64,000 bases of DNA from Fimbriiglobus sp. (GCA_043727575.1 JAYSYN010000244.1:2932-66931); one strand, 5' to 3'. Positions 1 to 10,005 are shown, counted from the stretch's first letter. Numbers and translations: made by a program. The notes: a model not told the origin generated them from the sequence alone.

Positions 1-154
1 CATCGGGAACCATCGATTTCAACGACTGCTCGGCCAACGCGTAAAAACCCGCGGGCAATCGGGCGTTGAGACCTTTGCGTATCTCGACGAGAAACAGTGT
101 GTGGAAATCGTGGAACAACCAGGAATCCACTTTCGTCCAGTCGTGCATCGGCAT
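1..154 (-). CDS. N-terminal fragment of a conserved hypothetical protein (DUF4058-like); the gene runs off the left edge
   Basis: The reverse complement from 154 reads MPMHDWTKVDSWLFHDFHTLFLVEIRKGLNARLPAGFYALAEQSLKSMVPD with no stop. I recall the MPMHDWT..FHDFH N-terminus from a cyanobacterial/planctomycete family, but the family name is from memory. It is absent from the ORF track because it is open-ended. Confidence 0.5.
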   Translation of the reverse strand, partial: MPMHDWTKVDSWLFHDFHTLFLVEIRKGLNARLPAGFYALAEQSLKSMVPD

Positions 155-164
155 CGAATCGCCC

Positions 165-1238
165 CTAAAGTTTGGCCACCTTCATCCTAAGCAAGTGATC
201 CAACAGCACCAGCGCCATCATCGCTTCGCCCATGGGGACGAATCTCGGCAATAGGCATGGGTCGTGACGGCCCCGCACCAGAATTTCCGTCGGCTCGCCC
301 GCTTGTGTGACAGTTCGCTGCGGCCTCGGAATGCTGCTCGTCGGTTTGATCGCCACCCGGCAGACGATGGGCATGCCCGAGGAAATGCCACCGAGCATGC
401 CGCCGTGACGGTTGGTGTCGGTGCGGAACCCAGGCAGGTACAAGTCGTTGTTTTCACTGCCGCGGAGCAGGGCGGCGGCGAAGCCGTTGCCGTACTCGAA
501 GCCGGTGACGGCGGGGAGCGACAGCATGGCTTTGCCGAGGTCGGCCTTCAATTTGTCAAAGACCGGTTCGCCGAGTCCCGGTGGCACCCCGACGGCGACC
601 ACCTCGCAAATGCCGCCGATGGAATCGCGGTCTTTGCGGACGGCGTCGATCAGGGCGATCATCTCGGCCGCGCGGACGTGATCGGGGCAGCGGATCGGCG
701 TCGCTTCGACTTGTTCCATCGTCACGGCGGTCGGGTCGGGAACTTCTGCGCGGATCGACCCGACCTGCGTGACGTACCCTTGGATGCGGATGCCTTCGCG
801 CGCCAGCAATTTTTTGGCGATCGCCCCCGCCGCGACGCGGCAGATGGTTTCGCGGGCGCTGCTGCGACCGCCGCCGCGGTGATCGCGGAATCCGTACTTA
901 GCATCGAAGGTGTAGTCGGCGTGGCCGGGTCGATACTTATTTTGAATGTCGCCGTAGTCGGTGCTACGTTGATCCCCGTTGCGAAACAGAATACCGATGG
1001 GGGTGCCATCGGTGCGACCCTCGAAGATGCCGCTCCAGATTTCCGGGAGGTCGGCTTCGTCGCGCTGGGTGGTCAGTTTCGACTGCCCCGGTTTCCGGCG
1101 GCGCAAATCGGGGAGCAAATCGTCGATGTCGAGTTCCAACCCGGCGGGGCAACCGTCGACGATGCAGAGGTAACCCGGCCCGTGGCTGACGCCCGAGGTG
1201 GTCACGCGGAAGAGGGTGCCGAAGGTGTTTCCTGCCAT
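165..1238 (-). CDS. aroC: chorismate synthase
   Basis: MAGNTFGTLFRVTTSGVSHGPGY...RPGHADYTFDAKYG...RGGGRSSARET are AroC signatures. I trimmed ORF 165..1349 to the Met of MAGNTFG. Confidence 0.93.
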   Translation of the reverse strand: MAGNTFGTLFRVTTSGVSHGPGYLCIVDGCPAGLELDIDDLLPDLRRRKPGQSKLTTQRDEADLPEIWSGIFEGRTDGTPIGILFRNGDQRSTDYGDIQNKYRPGHADYTFDAKYGFRDHRGGGRSSARETICRVAAGAIAKKLLAREGIRIQGYVTQVGSIRAEVPDPTAVTMEQVEATPIRCPDHVRAAEMIALIDAVRKDRDSIGGICEVVAVGVPPGLGEPVFDKLKADLGKAMLSLPAVTGFEYGNGFAAALLRGSENNDLYLPGFRTDTNRHGGMLGGISSGMPIVCRVAIKPTSSIPRPQRTVTQAGEPTEILVRGRHDPCLLPRFVPMGEAMMALVLLDHLLRMKVAKL

Positions 1239-1364
1239 ACGCGGATTATACCGGCTCCGGCGGCGCGAAAAGGGCGAAGCGGTCGCGGGGAAATGGCCCG
1301 GCGGGGCGGGGCGGTCGAAAACTAAGGTTGTAGGGTATCTCCGTCCCACCCCAGGAATGCGCCC

Positions 1365-1982
1365 ATGCGCGGTTTATGGATTCTCCCGGTCGCGTTGATT
1401 ATCGGATCGCAAGCTCCGGCTCAGCCGAACGCGGATGAGAAGCCGCGTTACGGAATCGCGCCGAACACCGACCTCTACCCGCAGACCACGCCGAAGGCGG
1501 CGCTCGAATCGGCGATCAAACTGCTCGAGAACAAGCGCTACGATTATTTCGTCGCTCAGATTCTCGATCCGGGCGTATTGGAAGCGAAGATCCGAGATCG
1601 CGCGCAGCGGTTGGAGGCGGTCGTCGAACGGGACCTGTTGCGCAAACGGGACGAGCAGAAGGCGAGCCCCGATTCGGTGCCGGTGCGCGAGAAACTGTCG
1701 ATCGAGCCGAAGGCGTTCGCCGCCGCCATCGCAACGGAGGCGCAGGCCCGGTCGTTCAAGTTTGTCGTCAAGGATCTCCAAGCCCAACTCGATGAATACC
1801 CCGAGAACTTGAAAGTGTTCCGCAAGTTCCTCGCGGAGGGGCAAGTCGCCGAGGCCGGGGCGACCGCGAGCTTCACGCACAAAGACATTCCGGGGAAGAC
1901 GCTGTATTTCAAGAACAACGGCAAACGCTGGTTCCTCGAAGACAAACAAGCCGACGAGCCGAAGTCGACCCCCGAGAAGTGA
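1365..1982 (+). CDS. hypothetical secreted protein
   Basis: It has a signal-peptide-like N-terminus ([21 protein letters not shown]) and a coherent, non-low-complexity translation. It is divergent from aroC. I recognise no family. Confidence 0.6.
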   Translation: MRGLWILPVALIIGSQAPAQPNADEKPRYGIAPNTDLYPQTTPKAALESAIKLLENKRYDYFVAQILDPGVLEAKIRDRAQRLEAVVERDLLRKRDEQKASPDSVPVREKLSIEPKAFAAAIATEAQARSFKFVVKDLQAQLDEYPENLKVFRKFLAEGQVAEAGATASFTHKDIPGKTLYFKNNGKRWFLEDKQADEPKSTPEK

Positions 1983-1993
1983 GCCGACCGACG

Positions 1994-3019
1994 ATGATCG
2001 ACCTCCGCAGCGATACCGTGACGAAACCGACGCCCGGGATGATGGCGGCGATGCTGGCCGCGCCCGTCGGCGACGACGTCTACGGCGAAGACCCGACGAT
2101 CAACGCCCTCGAAGAGAAGTTGGCCGCGTACCTCGGCACCGAGGCGGCGGTGTTCGTGCCCTCCGGGACGATGGCGAATCAGATCGCCGTGCGGTTGCAC
2201 TGCCGGCCGGGGGACGAACTCCTCTGCGAGGCGACGAGCCACGTCGTCCTCTGGGAGGGCGGCGGCCCGGCTGCGCTCAGCGGAGTATCGGTTCATACCG
2301 TCGACGGCAAGAACGGCTTGCTCGACTTGTCCGCGGTTCAACGCGGCCTTCGGCCGAACGATATCCACAGCCCGCATACGCGCTTGATCTGGCTGGAGAA
2401 CACCCACAACCGCGGCGGTGGGACAGTGCAGTCGCTCGAATCGGTCGCCGGGATTTCGGCGTGGGCGCGATCGCAGAATCTGGCACTGCACCTCGATGGG
2501 GCGCGCTTGTGGAACGCGGTCGTGGCGTCGGGAACCGCGGCGAAAACTTGGGCGAGTCACTTCGACACAATCAGCGTCTGCTTCAGTAAGGGCCTCGGCG
2601 CCCCGGTCGGCTCGGCGCTCGCGGGCTCGGCGGAAATCATTCAGCGGGCGAGACGTTATCGCAAGCTGTTCGGCGGGGCGATGCGTCAAGCGGGCATCCT
2701 CGCGGCGGCGTGCGTCTATGCGATGAACCACCACATCGACCGCTTGCGAGACGATCACGCCAATGCCGCAGTGCTCGCCGATGCGATTCGCGCCGTGCCG
2801 GGGTTGAAGCTGGTACCCGATGAAGTCGAAACGAATCTCGTTTGGTTCGAGGTCGATGGTGCGCGGTTCAAAACCCCGCACGAGGTGACAGCGAAGCTGA
2901 AAGAGCGCGGGATTCTGATGTCTGCCCTCGGGGAGACCACGGTCCGGGCCTGCACCCACTACGGCGTCACCCGCGACGATTGCGAACACGCCGCGGCGGC
3001 GATCGCGGAGTTGAAGTAG
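1994..3019 (+). CDS. ltaE: low-specificity L-threonine aldolase
   Basis: [44 protein letters not shown] closely mirrors the E. coli LtaE N-terminus. I set the start at the ATG; the track ORF begins at GTG 1979. Confidence 0.9.
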   Translation: MIDLRSDTVTKPTPGMMAAMLAAPVGDDVYGEDPTINALEEKLAAYLGTEAAVFVPSGTMANQIAVRLHCRPGDELLCEATSHVVLWEGGGPAALSGVSVHTVDGKNGLLDLSAVQRGLRPNDIHSPHTRLIWLENTHNRGGGTVQSLESVAGISAWARSQNLALHLDGARLWNAVVASGTAAKTWASHFDTISVCFSKGLGAPVGSALAGSAEIIQRARRYRKLFGGAMRQAGILAAACVYAMNHHIDRLRDDHANAAVLADAIRAVPGLKLVPDEVETNLVWFEVDGARFKTPHEVTAKLKERGILMSALGETTVRACTHYGVTRDDCEHAAAAIAELK

Positions 3020-3034
3020 CAAAGGTTTTCTTGC

Positions 3035-3063
3035 GTGGCGACAAGTTTCCGACTTGTCGCCAC
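3035..3063. terminator. 12-bp-stem hairpin between convergent ltaE and the RND gene (possible bidirectional terminator or REP-like element)
   Basis: GTGGCGACAAGT-ttccg-ACTTGTCGCCAC is a perfect inverted repeat. It lies in the 56-nt convergent gap. Confidence 0.5.
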
Positions 3064-3075
3064 GTCGGCAGGGCC

Positions 3076-6000
3076 TCACTCCGAGAACAGCTTCACCATG
3101 CCAATGTCGTAGCGGGCGCTGTGGGGGTCGTCCGGGTCGAGGCTCGGTCCGGCGATGCCTGCGCGGCGTTGAATCAGGCCGAAGATTGCGGGGAGGACGA
3201 ACAGCGTCGCCAAGGTGCTCGCCAGCAAGCCCCCGACCACCGCTCGGCCGAGCGGGGCGGTTTGATCACCGCCCGAGCCGAAGCCGAAGGCCATCGGCAG
3301 CATCCCGGCCACCATCGCGCAACTCGTCATGAGGATCGCCCGCAAGCGGGCGCTGCCGCCGTCGAGCGCGGCGCGCGGCGCGGATCCGTGGCTCAAACGG
3401 GCGCGTTCGGCGAAGGTCACGAGCAAAATCGCGTTCGCCACGGAGACGCCCAGCGACAGGATGGCCCCCATGAACGATTGCAAATTCAGGGTGGTCCCCG
3501 TCAGCAGCAAAGCGATTCCGACACCGCAGAGGGTCGCGGGGATCGAGGCGATCGAAATCAGCGCAAGTTTGATCGATTGAAAGTACGCCGTGAGCATCAG
3601 GAAAATCGTGAGGACGGCGATCCCGAGGCCGACCGTCAGGCTCTCTTGGACTTGATCGAGGGCATTCAACTGCCCGCGGACGTCGATGGCCGCACCGCCG
3701 GGGAGTTTGCCAATTTTCTTGTCCTCGGTGCGGGTGCGTTCGATCTTTTCCGCATCGGCCGAACTCTTATTCAACTCGGCGTCGAAATGTTGGTCGATGA
3801 TGTCGAGCTTCGCCGCCGCGAGTTCCCGCTTCACCGCCCGGCCGACGGCGCCGAGGTCGTCACCCGCGACGTTGGCCGTGATGCTCACGAAGCGCCGCAT
3901 GTTGTACCGGTCGACCTCGGCCGGGGTCGCGGTCAGTTTGATTTCGGCGACATCGCGGAGCAAAATCCCGCCCGCCACCATCGACGCGCTGGCGGTGCCT
4001 TGGCCGTTCGCCGTGGCACCGGAGTGGTCGCCGGTCATCGTCCCCGCCGAGCCGCGGATCGGCACTTGGCCGAGTTCGGTCAAGCTGTTCATCCGCGGTG
4101 GCGGCACCTGCACTTGCACGATATACCCTTGGCCCGTCTTTTGCTCGCGCCAGTAGATCGGCGTGACGTACCGGCTGCTCGCCGTGGCGGGGACGAGGGA
4201 TTGGCTGATATTCCGTGCGGTGAGGCCCATCGTCGCGGCCCGGGCCCGGTCGAGTTGAATGTCGGCGGTGGGGTAATCTTGGGCTTGGACAATCTGCAAG
4301 TCGCGCAGCTGGGGGATTGTTTTCAGGCGGGCGAGCACGACCCGGGAATTGGCGAGCGTGGCCTCGACGTTGTTACCGCCGATCTGCACTTCGATCGGCG
4401 TCGCGGATCCGAAACTCATGACATCGCTGACGAGATCGCCCGGTTCGAACGACAAGCGCAGCCCGGCGGCGCGTTTCTCCCGCTCTTCGGCCGGTACGCC
4501 ATCGCGAGTCCAACCGGCATTCAGGTAGGCCTTCAACTCGCAGTCGAGGATGTCGCGCAAGCGCGTTTTGAAATCTTCGACACGGATGCCACTGCCGGGC
4601 TTGAGGGCGACCTTCAACTGGGCTTCTTCCGGGCCGCTCGTCCACTGGTGCACGGCTTGGATGGGGTAGTTGGTCGGGAAGGAGCCGACGTAGCCGACGG
4701 TCATGCTCACGTTGCCCACCCCGGCTTCGCGGTCGATGATCCGCAGCGCTTCTTGGGCGAGTTCCTCGGTCCGCTCGATGCGGGTTCCCGTCGGGGCGCG
4801 CATCCGCAAAAGGAACTGGCCTTGGTCGGTCTTGGGGAACACCGCGGTGCCGAGGGACTGCGACAAAATGGCGATTCCGAGGCCCGCGAGGAGCAGATAG
4901 ACCGGCACGGCGAACCAACGCAGCGCGATGATGCGCGCGACGGCCCGGTCGTACAAGCGATGCACGAGGTTCGGTACCGGGACGGTGGCGTGCTGGCTCG
5001 GGAGCTTGAGAATCCAGACGCAGAGCACCGGGACAAACGTGCTGGAAAGGATGTACGACGCGATCATGGCGAAGCCGACGGCGAGCGAGAGCGGCACGAA
5101 CAGTTCGCGGGCGGCGCCGGTCATGAAGAACGACGGCACGAAAACCGCAAGGACGCAGAGCATCGCCAAGAGCCGGGGCACGGCCGTTTCTTGGTTCCCT
5201 TGCCGGACGGCTCGGGCGAGGTTGTCCGTCCGGTGCATCTGGCTGTGGATGTTCTCGACTTCGACGGTCGATTCGTCGACGAGGATCCCGACGGCGAGCG
5301 CGAGCCCGCCGAGGGTCATGAGGTTGATCGACTGCCCGCAGAGCCAAAGTGCGACAACCGACGCCAACAAGGCGAGCGGGATGTTCAACACGACGACGAT
5401 GACCGAGCGCCAATCGCGCAAGAAGAGCAATACCATCAGCCCCGTGAACAGGGCCCCGATCACCCCTTCGGTGCCGACGCCCCACATCGCTTCGGTCACG
5501 ATGGGCGATTGATCGAAGGCGAACTGGATGTCGACCTCCGGGGCGGCGTCGCGCATCTTCGGAAGGGCTTTGTTCAACTCGTTCACGACGCGGACCGTCG
5601 ACGCGTCGGAGCGTTTCATCACGAGCATGTACACCGACCGCCGGCCGTTGACCAGCGCGTACCCGGCCGTGATGTCGGCCCCGTCGGCGATGGTGGCCAC
5701 GTCCTTCAACAGCACCGGTGCCGCGCCCATCTTCACGGGGATCTGACCGAGTTCTTCGATCGGTTTTTGGCCGACCATGGCGTTGGTGTTGACCAGGAGG
5801 GTGCGGTCGTCGATGCGGACATTCCCCGACGGCGCGACGACGTTGCCGGCGGAGAGGGCTTCGGTGATCTGATCAGGCGTCAAGTTCCGCGAGCGGAGGG
5901 CGTCGGGATCGACGCTCACGACGATGGCCCGCTGGTTGCCCCCGAATGCGGGTGGCGTCGAGATGCCCGGGACATTGGCGAACGCGGGTCGGACGCGCGT

Positions 6001-6474
6001 CGAGGCGATGTCTTGGATTTCCTTGATGCTGAGTTTGTCCGAGTTCAACACCAAATACCCGACCGACGCGCTGCCGGTGTCGAGGCGCGAAATGAAAGGT
6101 GGCACCGTGCCGGGCGGCATCATGAAACGAGACCGATTCACGGCGGCGACGGTCTCGGCCAACGCTTCGGCCATATTCGTGCCGGGGTGAAAATGGAGTT
6201 TGATCAACGCCATCCCTTGAATGTTCTTCGATTCGATATGCTCGACACCGTTGACGTAGAGGAAGTGGTACTCGTAATAGCTCGTCAGCAATCCTTCCAT
6301 TTGTGCCGGGTTCATCCCGCCGTAGGGTTGGCAGACGTAAATGACGGGTTGATTCAGCGGTGGGAAGATGTCGACCTTCTGCCGGTAGCTCGCCAAACCG
6401 GAGCCGATGAGCAATGCGACGACGCCGACGAGGACGGAGTAGGGGCGACGCAGCGCGAAGACGATGGGGTTCAT
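3076..6474 (-). CDS. RND efflux transporter permease (AcrB/CzcA superfamily)
   Basis: The 1132-aa product starts MNPIVFALRRPYSVLVGVVALLI and has the 12-TM/two-large-loop RND layout. Length and N-terminus are typical. No membrane-fusion or outer-membrane partner gene is adjacent. Confidence 0.9.
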   Translation of the reverse strand: MNPIVFALRRPYSVLVGVVALLIGSGLASYRQKVDIFPPLNQPVIYVCQPYGGMNPAQMEGLLTSYYEYHFLYVNGVEHIESKNIQGMALIKLHFHPGTNMAEALAETVAAVNRSRFMMPPGTVPPFISRLDTGSASVGYLVLNSDKLSIKEIQDIASTRVRPAFANVPGISTPPAFGGNQRAIVVSVDPDALRSRNLTPDQITEALSAGNVVAPSGNVRIDDRTLLVNTNAMVGQKPIEELGQIPVKMGAAPVLLKDVATIADGADITAGYALVNGRRSVYMLVMKRSDASTVRVVNELNKALPKMRDAAPEVDIQFAFDQSPIVTEAMWGVGTEGVIGALFTGLMVLLFLRDWRSVIVVVLNIPLALLASVVALWLCGQSINLMTLGGLALAVGILVDESTVEVENIHSQMHRTDNLARAVRQGNQETAVPRLLAMLCVLAVFVPSFFMTGAARELFVPLSLAVGFAMIASYILSSTFVPVLCVWILKLPSQHATVPVPNLVHRLYDRAVARIIALRWFAVPVYLLLAGLGIAILSQSLGTAVFPKTDQGQFLLRMRAPTGTRIERTEELAQEALRIIDREAGVGNVSMTVGYVGSFPTNYPIQAVHQWTSGPEEAQLKVALKPGSGIRVEDFKTRLRDILDCELKAYLNAGWTRDGVPAEEREKRAAGLRLSFEPGDLVSDVMSFGSATPIEVQIGGNNVEATLANSRVVLARLKTIPQLRDLQIVQAQDYPTADIQLDRARAATMGLTARNISQSLVPATASSRYVTPIYWREQKTGQGYIVQVQVPPPRMNSLTELGQVPIRGSAGTMTGDHSGATANGQGTASASMVAGGILLRDVAEIKLTATPAEVDRYNMRRFVSITANVAGDDLGAVGRAVKRELAAAKLDIIDQHFDAELNKSSADAEKIERTRTEDKKIGKLPGGAAIDVRGQLNALDQVQESLTVGLGIAVLTIFLMLTAYFQSIKLALISIASIPATLCGVGIALLLTGTTLNLQSFMGAILSLGVSVANAILLVTFAERARLSHGSAPRAALDGGSARLRAILMTSCAMVAGMLPMAFGFGSGGDQTAPLGRAVVGGLLASTLATLFVLPAIFGLIQRRAGIAGPSLDPDDPHSARYDIGMVKLFSE

Positions 6475-6592
6475 GGGATCAGTCTAAGCCGAATTCGGCG
6501 CGCGGTGCCCGAAGAACCGGAGCGAAAGCGTTTGACGGGGGTTTCCCCTCCGTCATAAGATACGGGTGTCGACCCCGTTGCCGGAGATCCCC

Positions 6593-7765
6593 ATGCGCCT
6601 CGCCCGACTCCGCATCCCCCTGCTGGCCTTGGCCCTCATCGCCCTCGGTACCCCGGTGGCTTCCGCGGCCGATGCCAACCCGGAATACAACGGCAAAAAG
6701 TTGTCCGAGTGGGAGGACATGCTGCGGATGGAACAGAACGCCCGGCTGCGCCGGGTCGCGCTGATTTCGATGGGGCAAATCGCTTCGGACAACGCCCTCG
6801 ATTCCGCGCTCGTCCGAAAGATCATGGTCGCCGTGGGCCGGGCGCTGAAGATGGACAACACCGCGTCCGTCCGCAGGCAGGCGGCGGAAATCGTGAACGC
6901 GATGGCCGTGAAACTCCTCGAAGACATCAAAAACTCCGACACGGCTTCGGTCATCCTCGATCTCAGCGAGAACCTCCGCGTCGAGAAAGACACGGAAGTC
7001 CGCCGGGAAGTCGCGGTGGCTCTCGGCCGCTTCGGCGATAAGTCCAAAGGGGCCGCGACGACACTCGCGGACGTTTTGATGGACAAAGACCCGGCCACGC
7101 GCGCGGCCGCCGCCGACGCGCTCGGCCGCATCGGCGTCGGGGCCAGCGCAGCCGCCGATGCGTTGATCCTCCTCTTGAAAGACACCGACAAAGGCGTTCG
7201 CGCGGCCGCGATCTTCGCCCTCGGCCGCATCGACCCGGAAGAACCGGCCAAAGTGTCCACCGCGCTCGTGCCCCTTGTGAAAAGCGAGCCGGATGTCGAA
7301 CTCCGTCGCGCGGTCGTGGCTTCGCTCGGGATTTTGGGAGATCGCAGCCCCGCGACCGTACTCGGCACCGCGGCCGGGTTGCAAGACGCCGATGTCGACG
7401 TCCGCCGCCAAACGGCCATCGCTCTCGCCAAGTTCACCGGCGGCGGCAAACTCGTCGAGAAGGAATTGAAGAAAGCGTTCGAAGAAGACAAAGACAAGCA
7501 AGTCCGGGGAGCCGCGCTGCGGGCGCTCTGCGAAGGCTTCGGCGCCGACGCGAAACTGCTGATCCCGACTATCGTGGCGAGGATGAAGGTCGAGCCGGAG
7601 TTCGACGTGCGGATCGCGATGATCGAAGAACTGAGCGCGCTCGGCGCCGACGGGAAAGACGCGCTGCCCGCCTTGCGCGAAGCGCAGAAGGACCCGCAAA
7701 CCAAAGTGCGCGAGGCGGCCGGCGGGGCCATCAAACGGATCGTGAACCCGAAACCGAAGATGTGA
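6593..7765 (+). CDS. HEAT-repeat (PBS-lyase-type) protein with signal peptide
   Basis: It contains repeated ..D..VR..AA.ALG.. units (DPATRAAAADALGRIG, DKGVRAAAIFALGRI, DVDVRRQTAIALAKF). I chose the ATG at 6593, which is preceded by GGAG and gives the signal peptide MRLARLRIPLLALALIALGTPVASA. The track ORF starts at GTG 6566. Confidence 0.75.
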   Translation: MRLARLRIPLLALALIALGTPVASAADANPEYNGKKLSEWEDMLRMEQNARLRRVALISMGQIASDNALDSALVRKIMVAVGRALKMDNTASVRRQAAEIVNAMAVKLLEDIKNSDTASVILDLSENLRVEKDTEVRREVAVALGRFGDKSKGAATTLADVLMDKDPATRAAAADALGRIGVGASAAADALILLLKDTDKGVRAAAIFALGRIDPEEPAKVSTALVPLVKSEPDVELRRAVVASLGILGDRSPATVLGTAAGLQDADVDVRRQTAIALAKFTGGGKLVEKELKKAFEEDKDKQVRGAALRALCEGFGADAKLLIPTIVARMKVEPEFDVRIAMIEELSALGADGKDALPALREAQKDPQTKVREAAGGAIKRIVNPKPKM

Positions 7766-7959
7766 GTCGGTACGGCGGGAATACCTTGACATTTCAAACG
7801 CGCTTCGCGTTCTTGCGGGCGGGTTCCTTTCACGCTCCAACTTGCAAAAATCGGTTGACATCGTTTCGACCCGTTCTAAGTATCATGCAGACGAAAGAAT
7901 TCATGCCGTGCCAATGACCGATTCCAGCCCGTGTGGAATCGGGTTACGAGGGAGCGAGA

Positions 7960-9207
7960 ATGGCCCCGTCCGCCGGACTGACGAGCGGTCTCGCCTTTCT
8001 TCCCAGCTGGCTCACCGAAACGACCGACGCCGCGTCTCTGGAACTGTTCCTGGGCGGGTGGGCGCGTGCGTCCGGGTGGCGCACGGTCGGGTTGATTTGG
8101 CCGATCGACGAAAAACCGAACTTGATGCTCCAAGCCCGGCCGGACAGCGTGACGCCGCTGCCGAGCGCGCCGAGCGAACTTGCAGACGTGGCCCGCGCTC
8201 TGCGTGGCGGCGTGGCGACCGTGGTCTGGCAATTGCCGAATTCCTCCGGACGCCTCTATACGCTGTTCCAACCCGCCGGGCGACCGGCCGGGTTGCTGTG
8301 GGCCGAACGGGCAGCCGGGGAACCTTGGACCGAGGCCGACCGAAATTACTTGGTGCTATCGACCCGTTTGATCGAGCGATCCCCGGCCCTCGCGGCAAAG
8401 ATCGGACCGATTCTCGACCCGGCCCGCTTGCAACAACGCCTCGGCGATACGGCCGTGATCGCCGGTCGCATGGCCCACGACTTCGACAATATCTTGACGG
8501 GAATCATCGGTTTCGCCGACCTCAGCGTCCCGCTGTTGCCCGCCGGTTCCCAAGCCGCCAAGTTCGTCGGGGAGATCTCGAAAGTCGGGCAACGGGGAAT
8601 CGTCTTCACGCAACAACTGCACCAGTTCAACCGCAGTGGGCAAGCGAAACCACAGCCGTCATCGATTACCGCGACCTTGTTGAAAGAAGAACTCCGCTTG
8701 CGGGCGGCGCTGCCGGCGGGCACGCAAGTGTTCTCGAACTTGCCCGCGCACCTCGCCCCCGTGGGCGTCGAGAGCGGCCCGCTCGGAATCGTACTCGGGC
8801 ACCTGCTCGAAAACGCCATCGAAGCGAGCCCGCCGAACTCCCGCGTCGATGTGACGGCCACGGTCACCGAGCTGTCGAGCGCCGACGCGAAGAATTATCT
8901 CGGCAACGTCGGCCCCGGCGCGCACGTCGAAATCGCGTTCGCCGACCGCGGCCCCGGCATCAAGCCGGAGACGCGGGTTAAGCTGTTCGCCGAGCCGTTC
9001 TTCACCACCAAGGTGCGGCACCGCGGCCTCGGATTGGCGACCGTTTACCGGATTTTGTACGCCCACGGCGGCGGCATCCGCATCGAAACCGCCCACCCCC
9101 CGGAGACCGGCACGGTCGTCCGGATCGTCCTCCCGCCGGCCGCCGTTCGGCCGAGCGCGTCCACCCAGACCACACGCCCCGCCAATACGTTCCTCGTAGG
9201 AGGTTGA
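7960..9207 (+). CDS. sensor histidine kinase (N-terminal sensory region, HisKA and HATPase_c)
   Basis: The H-box is MAHDFDNILTGIIGFADL and the ATPase motifs are LLENAIEASP, DRGPGI, FTTK and GLGLATV. The ATG at 7960 follows GGGAG; an alternative GTG lies at 7933. Confidence 0.85.
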   Translation: MAPSAGLTSGLAFLPSWLTETTDAASLELFLGGWARASGWRTVGLIWPIDEKPNLMLQARPDSVTPLPSAPSELADVARALRGGVATVVWQLPNSSGRLYTLFQPAGRPAGLLWAERAAGEPWTEADRNYLVLSTRLIERSPALAAKIGPILDPARLQQRLGDTAVIAGRMAHDFDNILTGIIGFADLSVPLLPAGSQAAKFVGEISKVGQRGIVFTQQLHQFNRSGQAKPQPSSITATLLKEELRLRAALPAGTQVFSNLPAHLAPVGVESGPLGIVLGHLLENAIEASPPNSRVDVTATVTELSSADAKNYLGNVGPGAHVEIAFADRGPGIKPETRVKLFAEPFFTTKVRHRGLGLATVYRILYAHGGGIRIETAHPPETGTVVRIVLPPAAVRPSASTQTTRPANTFLVGG

Positions 9208-9213
9208 TCGCCC

Positions 9214-9903
9214 ATGACACTCGAAGTCGAAGACCGCATTCGCCAAACGCCCCGGCCCGCCCGGATGCCCTCGCCCCTGAGCGAGCTGCAAAGCAGCGGC
9301 GACATCCGCATCTTGATCGTCGACGACGACCCCGCGACGTGCGCCGTGATTCAAGCCGCGCTTTCCAACCGCGACTTCCTGATCGAAACGGTATCCGAAC
9401 CGTCCCTCGTGGAATCGGTACTGGCTCGCAAAGCGCAGTTCCACCTGATCATTATGGACTACGTGATCCCCGGTTTGGAACCGGAGCAAGTCTTCGCGTG
9501 GATCCGCGACAACCAACCCGAAGCGAACATCGTCGTCGTGACGGGCTACCCGTCGGTCGACAGCGCCTTGAGCTGCCTGCGGGCCCGCACCTACGACTAC
9601 GTGACCAAGCCGTTCCAAGTCGATCAACTCCGCGAGATCGTCATCCGCTGCTTGGAGAGCAAAGGCCTCCTCCGCATGACCGAAGAAGCCCTGCGGGAGT
9701 CGCTCGGCTCGGCGATCCGCGACCGACGCAAATCGCTCGGCTTCACGCTGTCGAACGTCTCGGAACGCACCGGGGTGTCGCTCGGGTATCTATCGCAGAT
9801 CGAACTCGGCAAGAACTCCGCGTCGATCGAAACGCTCTACCGGATCTGCTTGGCCTTGGGCATCAAGATGAGCGAACTGTTTACCTCGGTCCAACGGCAT
9901 TGA
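9214..9903 (+). CDS. response regulator: receiver domain fused to an XRE-type helix-turn-helix
   Basis: The receiver domain shows ILIVDDDPATC...IIMDYVIPG...VTGYPS...KPF. The C-terminal LSNVSERTGVSLGYLSQIELGKNSASIETLYRICLALGIKMSELF is a Cro/C1 (XRE) HTH. AGGAGG lies upstream of the ATG. Confidence 0.85.
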   Translation: MTLEVEDRIRQTPRPARMPSPLSELQSSGDIRILIVDDDPATCAVIQAALSNRDFLIETVSEPSLVESVLARKAQFHLIIMDYVIPGLEPEQVFAWIRDNQPEANIVVVTGYPSVDSALSCLRARTYDYVTKPFQVDQLREIVIRCLESKGLLRMTEEALRESLGSAIRDRRKSLGFTLSNVSERTGVSLGYLSQIELGKNSASIETLYRICLALGIKMSELFTSVQRH

Positions 9904-9910
9904 TTTTGGA

Positions 9911-9976
9911 TGTGGCGACACGTTTTTAACGTGTCGGAGATTAAGCGTTCCGACACGTTAAAAACGTGTCGCCACA
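9911..9976. repeat. perfect 28-bp inverted repeat with nested palindromes (possible bidirectional terminator or REP-like element)
   Basis: TGTGGCGACACGTTTTTAACGTGTCGGA (9911-9938) pairs perfectly with 9949-9976 across a 10-nt loop. Each arm also contains its own 9-bp/3-nt hairpin, CGACACGTT-TTT-AACGTGTCG. It sits between convergent genes. Confidence 0.85.
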
Positions 9977-10005
9977 ACATTCGACCCGCATCATGCGGGT
10001 CGATT

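Noticed and set aside
1556-3079. 507-aa minus-strand ORF
   Set aside because: It is antisense to ltaE and the secreted-protein gene. The product is Arg-rich nonsense with no motifs.
2842-6558. 1238-aa plus-strand ORF, the longest in the track
   Set aside because: It is entirely antisense to the RND permease gene. The translation is Arg/Gly/Asp/His-rich low complexity (RRGGDRGVE..., HRRAGGALAVRRG...), typical of the reverse frame of GC3-rich genes. The opposite strand has clear RND homology.
6479-7861. 460-aa and 426-aa minus-strand ORFs (6479-7861 and 6553-7833)
   Set aside because: Both are antisense to the HEAT-repeat gene. They are low-complexity Arg/Ala/Ser-rich translations.
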